64,000 nucleotides of DNA from Cryomorphaceae bacterium (GTDB lineage Bacteria; Bacteroidota; Bacteroidia; Flavobacteriales_D; SKUL01), in the NCBI GenBank assembly GCA_007695365.1, contig REDV01000092.1, positions 114,708-178,707 on the forward strand. Reading direction: 5' to 3'. This document shows positions 9,418-18,700 of the stretch, in pieces. Every line of letters begins with the position of its first letter. Position 1 is the first letter of the stretch. The position numbers and the translations under genes were made by a program. The notes beneath the pieces are model-generated. The model did not search any database and was not told the DNA's origin. It saw nothing but the letters and a program-made list of their open reading frames with translations.

Positions 9418-9440
9418 TTTTTATCTGGCATCGTGGTGTT

Positions 9441-9448
9441 CAAATATA
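9441..9448 (-). promoter_or_regulatory. Bacteroidota -7 promoter box (TAnnTTTG) for fnr
   Basis: The minus strand reads TATATTTG, 24 nt upstream of the fnr ATG. Confidence 0.4.
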
Positions 9449-9508
9449 CGCAGAAACCACCAACTGTTCTCAGGCGAGTACAAAGTTTAATGGTAACAAA
9501 AATGAATT

Positions 9509-9814
9509 TTAGCTTGTGGTAGCGTCTTTTAGGGCCTCCTGCACGGTGTCAGCGAGATGGTCCAACACACCGTTTACCTCAATGACCGGCATGTCAGGCC
9601 GCTGCTCTTTGGAAAACTGTTTAATGATGGCCTTGGTTTCCAGTTTTAACTCACTACCAACAAGTACTGCATCGTAGTGCTGGTCTTTGATTTTTTTCAA
9701 GGCCTCCTCATCAGATGAACAGCCTGTTACCTGGTACTTTTTCAGTTTGAGAGCCCGTTCTATTTGCGTTAACGCGCTGTCCTGACGGCCTATTGCCAAA
9801 ATTTTAATCGCCAT
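9509..9814 (-). CDS. Receiver-like (CheY-fold pattern) small protein lacking the acidic pocket
   Basis: 101-aa protein with an alternating beta/alpha pattern (KILAIG / YDAVLVGSEL / MPVIEV). It has no DD pair, and G-S sits where the phospho-Asp is expected. Confidence 0.4.
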   Translation of the reverse strand: MAIKILAIGRQDSALTQIERALKLKKYQVTGCSSDEEALKKIKDQHYDAVLVGSELKLETKAIIKQFSKEQRPDMPVIEVNGVLDHLADTVQEALKDATTS

Positions 9815-9906
9815 ATTCTCGCAGATTGGTTAGGACTAAGGTAACAATTGGTTAATATGCGCCAACTCCATTTGGTGTTAAATTTTTTCGAACCGGTTGT
9901 AATCCT

Positions 9907-10194
9907 TTAAAGGAGATTGACTTCTAAGATGCTGTCAACCGGTATCGCAACACCGCGCTTGAGTACAACGTGCTCATCGTCCAATTCCCAAATGGTGGTA
10001 TGAACCATCTTTAAACCGCTGTCGGAGTCAAAAACCAACTTGACTTTGTGCTTTTGGGCGTTGCCCAGGATCAGTGCAATGGATAGTTGACGTCGGATTT
10101 CAAGGGGATTTTGAACCTCTGGTTCAGTGTGACGAAACGTGAGCTGAGGGATGGCTTCCTTTTCTATCAGCTCAATGGTGGTAGTCTTTTCCAT
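9907..10194 (-). CDS. Hypothetical protein (95 aa)
   Basis: Clean ATG-initiated ORF that is the only long ORF over this stretch. I recognise no motif. Confidence 0.45.
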   Translation of the reverse strand: MEKTTTIELIEKEAIPQLTFRHTEPEVQNPLEIRRQLSIALILGNAQKHKVKLVFDSDSGLKMVHTTIWELDDEHVVLKRGVAIPVDSILEVNLL

Positions 10195-10250
10195 GTCGCC
10201 TGGTATTTGAGTAAGTTGAAGGTACAGAAATTTCTCTACTTTCGTGCTCC

Positions 10251-10877
10251 ATGAATGAAGAAATGTCGGCAGATCTGTTATTGCTGTTATGCGATGTGAG
10301 TGTTTATGTGTCAGATTTGTTTGAAAATCAAAAATTTGATAATATTCTCTTTCACAATGCAGGGCATGCCCGGTTTGTGGAGGGTGAAGTGATCAAGCTT
10401 GGCCACATCGAAGGAGTGGAGCAAACACAGTTGTTATTAATCAGGTTGGCGGCGTGGTTGCACGATGTTGGCTACTTGAAAAATCCTGCCAATCACGAGG
10501 AGGCTGGGGCAGATATGGCAAGCGAAATACTTAGTGGAAGTCTCGCCGGTGATCAGCTTACTGAAGTTCGGCGCCTCATTCTCTCAACACGTCCACATTT
10601 CAAGCCGGAAGATGTACCAGCCATGATTCTGAGGGACGCCGATTCAGCCTACGCCTCAACATCGCAATTTTTTCAGGAGAGCGAAAACCTGCGGCGCGAA
10701 TGGGAAAGGTTGGATCTTCGCCACTTTTCTGACGAAGAATGGCTTGAGCAAAACCTGCGCTACCTCGAAAACATCCGATGGAATACCCGGGCCGCTGAGC
10801 AATTGTATTCTGGAGGTCTGCGCGAGAATATTGCAAAGCTAAAAAGGCAAATCAACCCGGCTTCAGGTGTTCTTTAG
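10251..10877 (+). CDS. HD domain phosphohydrolase
   Basis: Contains H...HD metal-binding motifs (FHNAGHARFV, AAWLHDVGY, RDADSAY). Confidence 0.75.
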   Translation: MNEEMSADLLLLLCDVSVYVSDLFENQKFDNILFHNAGHARFVEGEVIKLGHIEGVEQTQLLLIRLAAWLHDVGYLKNPANHEEAGADMASEILSGSLAGDQLTEVRRLILSTRPHFKPEDVPAMILRDADSAYASTSQFFQESENLRREWERLDLRHFSDEEWLEQNLRYLENIRWNTRAAEQLYSGGLRENIAKLKRQINPASGVL

Positions 10878-12340
10878 AGAAGTGGTGCGAAAATACGCGC
10901 CAGTGATTCTGAGAACCGTTTCCTCAGCCGACGTTTGTTCCATCTGGTGAGATCGAGTTGCCGGCAGTGAGCAAGATCATTTTCAAAATCCTTGGCAAGG
11001 CGCTCCGAAGTTTCCACATCGTAGATAAATGCGTTGATTTCAAAATTCAAATCAAAGCTGCGGTAATCCATGTTCGCCGTTCCGATGCAGCACATGGCCC
11101 CGTCTATTACCAGGGTTTTGGCGTGTAGCATTCCCAATTGATAGAGAAATACCTCAGCTCCCGCCTCGAGCATGGGTCTGATGTAACTGTAAGTGGCTGC
11201 CTGCGCAATTCTTGAATCTCCTTTCGCGGGTATCATGATTTTTACCTGCACACCGCTCAGCGCAGCGCCCTCAATGGCACGCAATACTTCCTCATTCGGA
11301 ATGAAATACGGTGTTTGAATCAACACATAATGGCGTGCGTTAGAGATGGCCATAAAAATGCCTTTCATGATATTTGACCACGGTGTGTCGGGCCCACTCT
11401 CTACGATTTGAACCAGATGATTCCCTGAGATTTCGCTTTGGGGAAAGTAAACTGCGTCTCCAAGCAATTCCTCACCGCTTACAAATCTCCATGTGAGCAT
11501 AAACTGCAATTGCAACGACCACACGGCCTCACCCTTGATGCGGGCGTGGGTATCCCTCCAAAAGCCTTCTTGCTTGCCTGTATTGGTATAGCGGTCGGCC
11601 AGATTCATGCCGCCCACAAACCCAATGTTGCCGTCCACCACAATGATTTTTCGATGGTTACGATAGTTGATTTTACTTGTGAGCGCAGGAAAACGCACCG
11701 GCATGAATGGGTACACGCGCACGCGGTTTTGTGTCAATTCACGGATGGTTCGCTTCGATAACCGGCTTCCCACGGCGTCGTATGAAAGCCGAACCTCAAC
11801 ACCCTCGCGGGCTTTATTGATAAGAAGTTGAATGATGGTGTGGCCGATGTCGTCTTCCTCAAGGATATACATATCAATATGTATGTGATGCCGGGCGTTT
11901 TTCATGGCTTCGAGAAATGCAGGAAAAGCCTCGTTGCCGTTGGTCAGTACATCCACCTCATTTTGTTTTGTGAGCACAGCACTGCTGGTGTTCATCATCA
12001 TTTTTGATATGCGCAACAGCGGGTGTAAGTCAAAAAGACCTTGTTCACCCAAACGCTTCAATTCTCGCAAATTTTGTTGCTCCCATTGGGTTACGAGCAT
12101 GTTATCACGAACAAGTTTCCTCGAGAAAATGCGCTTTTTTCTGTAGTTCTGGCCAAAAACCAGGTAGATAATCACTCCGATTACCGGAAGAAAAATAAGT
12201 GTGAGCAGATAGGCAATGGTAGAGGAGGGATTGCGGTTTTCCATCAGAATGTAAAGCCCCAAGGCTATCATAACCAGCATATATCCTCCATATGCAAGGC
12301 TTACAAGATCACTCCATGATATGCTCCCGAAATCTGACAC
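10874..12340 (-). CDS. cls: Cardiolipin synthase
   Basis: Two N-terminal TM helices and two HKD motifs (HRKIIVVDGNIGFVGGMNLADRY and LHAKTLVIDGAMCCIGTANMDYRSF). The start is a GTG. Confidence 0.9.
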   Translation of the reverse strand: MSDFGSISWSDLVSLAYGGYMLVMIALGLYILMENRNPSSTIAYLLTLIFLPVIGVIIYLVFGQNYRKKRIFSRKLVRDNMLVTQWEQQNLRELKRLGEQGLFDLHPLLRISKMMMNTSSAVLTKQNEVDVLTNGNEAFPAFLEAMKNARHHIHIDMYILEEDDIGHTIIQLLINKAREGVEVRLSYDAVGSRLSKRTIRELTQNRVRVYPFMPVRFPALTSKINYRNHRKIIVVDGNIGFVGGMNLADRYTNTGKQEGFWRDTHARIKGEAVWSLQLQFMLTWRFVSGEELLGDAVYFPQSEISGNHLVQIVESGPDTPWSNIMKGIFMAISNARHYVLIQTPYFIPNEEVLRAIEGAALSGVQVKIMIPAKGDSRIAQAATYSYIRPMLEAGAEVFLYQLGMLHAKTLVIDGAMCCIGTANMDYRSFDLNFEINAFIYDVETSERLAKDFENDLAHCRQLDLTRWNKRRLRKRFSESLARIFAPLL

Positions 12341-12384
12341 AGTTTGATGCTCAACGCAGCGAATTTACCCAATATTTGAAGTCG

Positions 12385-12392
12385 TAGCTTTG
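12385..12392 (+). promoter_or_regulatory. Candidate -7 box (TAGCTTTG)
   Basis: Matches TAnnTTTG, 62 nt upstream of the ATG at 12454. Confidence 0.3.
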
Positions 12393-12453
12393 AAGAGATG
12401 CCGCTTGATTGCTGATAAAGCTTAACTTCGTGCTGAATCAATCAAACTATCTT

Positions 12454-12825
12454 ATGGCTTTTCTTATCCGTTGGATTGTAAGCAGCGTCATGGTTTTTCT
12501 GCTTGCCTACCTTTTGCCCGGTGTTGAAGTGAAAGACTTTATAGACGCACTGGTTGTGGCACTGGTACTGTCGTTACTCAACGTATTTGTCCGTCCGGTA
12601 TTGATTTTTCTGACCATTCCGGCAACCATTGTCACGCTGGGCTTGTTCCTATTTGTCATCAACGCGGCCATGATCTGGCTTACACATCTCATAGTGGATG
12701 GATTTACCGTGGCCAATTTCTGGTGGGCCTTGCTGTTCAGCGTGCTGCTTTCCATTTTGAATTCACTGGTAATGGGTGACAACCAAAACCCAAATCGCAG
12801 GAGAAACTCCTCATCCAACCAATAA
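12454..12825 (+). CDS. Phage holin family IV / DUF360-type membrane protein
   Basis: MAFLIRWIVSSVMVFLLAYLLPGVEV... with four TM segments typical of this family. I prefer the ATG at 12454 over the TTG at 12409. Confidence 0.7.
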   Translation: MAFLIRWIVSSVMVFLLAYLLPGVEVKDFIDALVVALVLSLLNVFVRPVLIFLTIPATIVTLGLFLFVINAAMIWLTHLIVDGFTVANFWWALLFSVLLSILNSLVMGDNQNPNRRRNSSSNQ

Positions 12826-13071
12826 AAAACCGGGCCGTGAAGAACTCACAGCCCGGTTCCGTCGTTGTTCGCTCAGACCTATGCTTGGGTCGTTTTGCTC
12901 GTTTCATAGCGACGGTTGTGCGGTAAATCACCAACCAAAAACCACACACAGTCATCTAAACGAAATCATCTGGTGAATGTTACATTCTTGTTCAAATTTT
13001 TTGTTCCCCACTTAATATTCGTTGCTAAGCCTGATATTGCAGGTTTTCCTGAACCCCATTGAAATGTACCT

Positions 13072-15153
13072 GTGATTTCTTATCCTGACAATACGCTCAA
13101 CCGACTGGAGTTCGAAGAAGTTCTGCGTCAAATCGCATCCATGTGCGGTGGTGCCGCCTCGCGAGAGGAAGCCCTGGCCATTCGCCCCTCTGCTGATTTT
13201 AACGAGGTGAATACCGCGCTCAAGAGGGCTGATGAGTTTCATGCAATTCGATTCAATGCGCTGGCCTTTCCGGAGTTTCACTACCTGGAAGTACAGAAAG
13301 AACTTGCTACGCTGAAAATAGCCGGAGCAGTGTTGGAAGGTCGTCAGTTTCTTTTGCTGGCAGAGGTGTCATTGATGGTTTCCGGGCTCATCCGTGGGGT
13401 GCGCAAGCTTGAAGATAGCGACGGCCTGAAAGAGATGGTGAACGACATTGAACCCGATGAAACGGTGGTTCACCTGGTGGGGCAAATTCTCAATGAGCAC
13501 GGACGAGTGAAGTCATCGGCATCGCGTGAGTTGGCCAATATTCGGAGGCAAATTGACGAGTTGCGCAAAAAGGCCAATAAGCATTTTGAAACGCTAGTCA
13601 GACGTTACCGTAAACTGGGCTGGCTGCGCGAATACACGGAATCTGTGTACCACGACCGCCGTGTACTTGCTGTGGTAGCCGAGTATAAGCACAAGTTGGA
13701 GGGGATTATTCACGGAAGTTCGGAATCGGGCAATACCGCTTTTGTAGAACCGTCGGAATTGGTGGGGGTAAACAATGAACTGGCAGGCGCCCTGCAGAAA
13801 GAGAAAGAAGAGGAGCGCCGAATTTTAAAACAGCTCACACGCGAAGTCGCGCAGCACCGACCAACTTTGCTTAAGTTTTTCAATCTGCTTACGCACTTTG
13901 ATTTGCTTGAGGCCAAGGCCAGGTGGTTTCGGGCCAATGACTGTGTTCGGCCAAAGTTGAACCGAGATTGCTCACGTCTCAGGCTCATTTCGGCGGTGCA
14001 CCCTGTTCTTCAACAGAAAAACAAATCGCTCAAGCTGCAAACCGTACCGCTCGATTTGGAATTGCTACCCGAACAGACCATGCTGGTTATCAGTGGACCC
14101 AATGCGGGCGGTAAATCGGTGTCGCTCAAAACCACCGGACTTCTTCAATTGATGACCCAAAGTGGTCTGCTTATTCCGGCCGATGAAAACTCCGAATTGC
14201 CGGTGTTTGCTCAGTTGCTGGTGGATATTGGTGATGATCAGTCTATTGAGCAACAGTTGAGCACCTACAGTTCGAGGCTGAAAAAACTCAAACATTTTTT
14301 ACGTGTGGCCGACTCGCGAACCCTTATTCTACTCGATGAATTTGGCACGGGAAGCGACCCGGAACTAGGCGGTGCCATCGCGGAGTCAATCCTTATTCAC
14401 CTCATGGAGTTTAAGCCGTGGGGTATTATCACCACGCACTTTGGTAATATAAAGGTAGCTGCACAGCAAATACCCGGTTTGCGAAACGCTTCCATGTTGT
14501 TTAACGAAGAGACACTTGATCCAACCTACCGCCTTAAGATGGATACGCCTGGTAGCTCTTACACATTTGAAGTGGCTCAGAAAATAGGGCTCGATAAAAA
14601 GGTATTGAACCTTGCTCGCAAGAAGATAGACAAAGGTCGGGTGCGTTTAGACAAGCTTCTGGTGGATATGCAGGAAAATTTCCGGCAACTGGAACACGAG
14701 CGAAGCGCGGTACAGGCTGAGCGAGATATTCTCCGGAAAGAGCTGGAAAGGCTGGACAACGAATGGGAGTCAATCAGAAGCTTCAAGGCATCGAGGCAGA
14801 AAGAGGAATTCGCGCGCTTGTTAGAAGCGGGCCGCAAATATGAAGAACTGCTTGAAAAGTGGAATCGCGGTGCAACCCGAAAGGAATTGCTGGAGCAAAT
14901 TGTTCAGGCCGGTCAAAAACGAAAGCAAAAAGAGGTAAGAGCTGCAGCCAAAAACGATGGGGGCGGGAAAAAACCCCGAAAAAAGAAAGCCACCAAAAAA
15001 CCCATTGAAGTGGGCGATAGGGTAAAACTTCCGGGCGGCAAGTCAACGGGAACCGTTGCCGCTATTGCCGATGGTAAGGCTATGGTAGAGTTCGGAAATA
15101 TGCGTTTACAGGTAAAAACCGACACACTAGTGCTTGCCATGAAAAAAAAGTAG
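13072..15153 (+). CDS. mutS2: MutS2-family ATPase (no Smr domain visible)
   Basis: Walker A ISGPNAGGKSVSLKT, Walker B LLDEFGTGSDP, a long coiled-coil region and a KOW-like end (VGDRVKLPGGKSTGTV). The start is a GTG. Confidence 0.85.
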   Translation: MISYPDNTLNRLEFEEVLRQIASMCGGAASREEALAIRPSADFNEVNTALKRADEFHAIRFNALAFPEFHYLEVQKELATLKIAGAVLEGRQFLLLAEVSLMVSGLIRGVRKLEDSDGLKEMVNDIEPDETVVHLVGQILNEHGRVKSSASRELANIRRQIDELRKKANKHFETLVRRYRKLGWLREYTESVYHDRRVLAVVAEYKHKLEGIIHGSSESGNTAFVEPSELVGVNNELAGALQKEKEEERRILKQLTREVAQHRPTLLKFFNLLTHFDLLEAKARWFRANDCVRPKLNRDCSRLRLISAVHPVLQQKNKSLKLQTVPLDLELLPEQTMLVISGPNAGGKSVSLKTTGLLQLMTQSGLLIPADENSELPVFAQLLVDIGDDQSIEQQLSTYSSRLKKLKHFLRVADSRTLILLDEFGTGSDPELGGAIAESILIHLMEFKPWGIITTHFGNIKVAAQQIPGLRNASMLFNEETLDPTYRLKMDTPGSSYTFEVAQKIGLDKKVLNLARKKIDKGRVRLDKLLVDMQENFRQLEHERSAVQAERDILRKELERLDNEWESIRSFKASRQKEEFARLLEAGRKYEELLEKWNRGATRKELLEQIVQAGQKRKQKEVRAAAKNDGGGKKPRKKKATKKPIEVGDRVKLPGGKSTGTVAAIADGKAMVEFGNMRLQVKTDTLVLAMKKK

Positions 15154-15175
15154 ACGTCAGAAACCCACATCCTCC

Positions 15176-15183
15176 TATATTTG
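15176..15183 (+). promoter_or_regulatory. Candidate -7 box (TATATTTG)
   Basis: Matches TAnnTTTG, 13 nt upstream of the ATG at 15197. Confidence 0.4.
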
Positions 15184-15196
15184 CAAAAAATGCCGA

Positions 15197-15592
15197 ATGA
15201 TGAAGGAATTGAACCCAAAAGCAGGGAAGGTTTACGAAACAATCGTTAAGACAATAGACCAGCAGGGCGCTGGCTCCGAAACTGTGAGCGAGTTGCTGAT
15301 GGAATTGCGTAAATTTTTCATCGAGAGCGAAGACCCTACCGTTACAAAGGTGCTACGGTTGACATCAGAGCACATAGCTGAAAACGGAAGTTTTGAACTC
15401 AACATTCTCTCTGATGTGGAGGTGGTTGAAGAAGAGGAAGAGAAAGAAGAGAATGAAAATACCGGCGCATTGCTCGAAGAGTACAGCCCTGAAGATAATC
15501 TCAAGTACTTGTTGACCCTGTGTATGGACGCCAATAACAAGTACAACCGCGAGGAGCTTTTTGAAATTCGCGACCAGTTGATGGATTGGTAG
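15197..15592 (+). CDS. Hypothetical acidic protein (131 aa)
   Basis: ATG ORF with a promoter box upstream and a terminator downstream. It has a central E-rich stretch. Confidence 0.55.
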   Translation: MMKELNPKAGKVYETIVKTIDQQGAGSETVSELLMELRKFFIESEDPTVTKVLRLTSEHIAENGSFELNILSDVEVVEEEEEKEENENTGALLEEYSPEDNLKYLLTLCMDANNKYNREELFEIRDQLMDW

Positions 15593-15617
15593 TCCGTCGG
15601 ACTAGAAATGATAGTCG

Positions 15618-15649
15618 AGCCGCCCCAAAATAATGGGGCGGTTTTTTTG
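15618..15649 (+). terminator. Intrinsic terminator
   Basis: AGCCGCCCC-aaaataat-GGGGCGGT followed by TTTTTTT. Confidence 0.65.
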
Positions 15650-15681
15650 TGCAGAATGATTGGCGTGCATGATACCCTCAC

Positions 15682-15706
15682 AAAAAAAGCCACCCCGACG
15701 GGTGGC
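15682..15706 (-). terminator. Intrinsic terminator of the adhesin gene
   Basis: The minus strand reads GCCACCC-gtcg-GGGTGGC followed by TTTTTTT. Confidence 0.6.
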
Positions 15707-15732
15707 TCTTCTCTAAGATATGCTCTTTAAGC

Positions 15733-18700
15733 TTAGCGGTTAATCACGATTTTCTGGGTTTTTACCTCGTCGTTAATCGAGACATTCACCAGGTATACTC
15801 CGGCGGTATATTCGCTTGAGCCGACATTGATCATGGTTCGTTCAGCAAAGGACTGGTTGGTGTAGAGCGTTTGGCCAAGGATGTTCATGATGCGAATATC
15901 CATTTGCTGACCATTGAAAGAATGCTCAATCACAACCTCACGTCCGTCGTACCAGATGCTGATGTTGTCGGGTGTTTCAATCACTTCAACATTGGCCGCA
16001 ATGTCGGTAACTTCGATGCTCTTGGTTACTACATCGTAGCAGTCTCCAAAGAAGGCGTACATAATCACCTCATGCGTTCCGGGCAATGTGAAAGTGTGCG
16101 TGATGTTTTCGGTATAGTACTCATCATCACCAATGAACCACTCAAACCATTCGGCATTTAGCGAGGTGTTGGTGAAGTTAACCTCACCACCCATTGTGAG
16201 CGAAATACTCTCGGGGCCTTCAAAGTTTGCAACTGGCGCGCTTTCGTCAAAAAGATGAACAATCTCTTCAATTACTCCGCAAGTGTTTCCTGCCTGAATG
16301 GTGTACCAACCACTTTCCAGGTTTACAAAGCTGTAGGTACCTTCTTCGTTGGTCACTTCATCGAGGAGCTCTTCATTCTGGTAGATGGCCAGCGACCATG
16401 TGCCCTGTCCGCCGCTGGCAAGAACAGCAACCTGTCCATTCGCTCCTGAATTGCAGTTGGCAGCTTCCAATATGGTAGAGGCAGAAAGTGGCATAGGTTC
16501 GTTGATGTAAAACTCTTCAGAGCGCGTACCACATACTTCGTCCGATCCGCTTACCTCCAGGGTGTACAATCCTGCTGCAAGGTTGTTAAGGGTATCAGCC
16601 TCCATCAAATTCTCAGAAACCTTTACCACTTGTCCGGCCTCGTTGAGCCACGTGTAGGTCCAGGGACCCTCGCCGGCTCCAAGTGCGGTAATCATTCCGT
16701 CGTTGGCATCCGCACAAGAGTTATCCGTCTTGTCGGCGCTTACAGGCGCACTTACGTGGATTACAAAACGCGCGTCATGGTAACCGGTATCCAGGGCAAC
16801 GGTCAGGTTGGCGCCTTCCTCAATAAGCATTACATCGCCGGTTTCAAGGTCTTCCACATATAAGCAGGCACTTGATGGCAGGTTTTGAATGTCAGACACA
16901 CTCAACAAGTAATTTCCGTTAACCCCAGCGAGGGCTTTCAACGGAATGCTGATTCCACCGGTTTCAGGCATGGGCAATGCGTTGATGGCCACATCAAAGT
17001 CTTCTTCACCGTTGTTCGCCAGCATGGCCAGGCTGGGGACCTCTTCATTGGGACTGAAAAACTTCATGGCATCGTGGGTGCCTTCGTAGCCAATGGTTGC
17101 ATCGTCATTGAAAACCAGCACCGTTTCGTCCATAAAGCCATTGCCGTCAATTTGAAGACGAACCAGTGATACAGCTTCCACATTTTGCTTAATCCAATCT
17201 GCGTTGTTGTTGCTGCTTTTGGCCGACTCACGGAAGGTGAGCGCGGCGTTGATGTCCAGTGTGTGCACCCAGAATGATTGCGAGTGCGCAATTTCATTGG
17301 TTACACCGTGCGTACTTACACTGCTGATGTATGTACCGTATTGCTGAATGTTGGCATCCCATATCCATATCCCGTTTTCAATGTCCACTTTGGTGAGGTT
17401 GGGGCTGTCCCAATCTACCGTTGAGGCATAGACATTAGAGAGCAGGTTCCAGCCGTCGTGGAAATCACCAAGGCTTTCGGTATAATCAAGATCATAACTG
17501 AAATCACCGGTAATCAATTCTCCGGTGAGGTTCACGGTTTCGGGCAGCTCAGAGCCGCCAATATACATCCAGTATCCGCGGCCATCGGGAATCACATTAC
17601 TTGTATTGGTTGGCGACATCCACCCGATTTCACGATCGCCTGGAAGGGTTTCATCGTAGTACTTCAGGCTGACAAAACGATTGGCAGGTGTCGGCCAATC
17701 CGGGAAGTCAGCCCCGGGAAATCCTGTGGTTGTAAAATGCTCGTTCCATCCCTGGAGGGTTGCTCCGGATACCGAAGACCCCATGTTTCTCCAGCCTGTG
17801 GGGCCGTTTTGAATGTAGCGCTCTACGGTAAAGTCTCCCGTAATGTTAGAACTTGCACCTACAGGCCCAACGGATGCCGTTTGGCTGGCGGTTGATTTCA
17901 AGGTAAATGGATTACCATCGGTATCAAGATTACCTTTGGTTACAGTGAGTGTTCCCAACAAATCAGTGGCGCCGTCCATAGTTACTGTGCCACCCAATTT
18001 ATCAAGCGAAAGATCGTAAAAGGTGTTGTTGCCGGAGGCTGTCACATTGCTCACACCCACCATGCGAACGTTTCCGTCGCCGGCTTCAAAGCTTCCATTG
18101 TTGCTCCAGTCACCAGTCATTTTTAATGTGTATCCATCGGTTCCCATGTCCAGAGAAGCGCCGCTCTCAATGGTAAGCCCTCCGAGGTCTACGTTGGCGG
18201 TAAGATCGAGATCATGACCACTTTGAATCACAAAGTCGTTGTACAGGTTAAAAACGGCAGGTCCGGCTGTACCGCCAGGAACCACATCCCATATATCATC
18301 GCCGAAATCACCGCTTTGTTGCGAGTAAAACGTGTTTTGACAGGTAGTCTGGGTTACGCTGAAATCATCCATCCACAACTCTCCGGCACGGGTTGATGTA
18401 AACTGAAAAGCAAGCCCCATATAGTTTGCCGAAGTGTAGGTGTCGTCGAAAGCGCTACCTGCAGTAACGAGGTCATCAAAACCTCCGTCCTCATCGTAGC
18501 GCAATACCCAATTACCCGCTTCGTCGCGCACCACTTCAACACCTACGGTTTTACCTTCATTCCAATTCAGTGTTGAAACAACCAAAGGCACCTCTCCGGT
18601 GGGTGGAATTCTGTAAAGCGCAAGAAAACGACTGAATGGTGCCGGCCCAATATTTTCGATTCCGACAGCATAGCCTGTGGTTTGGTTGGTCGGAAAAATC

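Noticed and set aside
12776-13281. Track ORFs 12737..12955 (-), 12776..12976 (+) and 13012..13281 (-) around the DUF360-mutS2 intergenic region.
   Set aside because: They overlap better-supported genes or a hairpin-rich spacer. Their compositions are biased (Arg/Cys/His-rich) and they have no start context.
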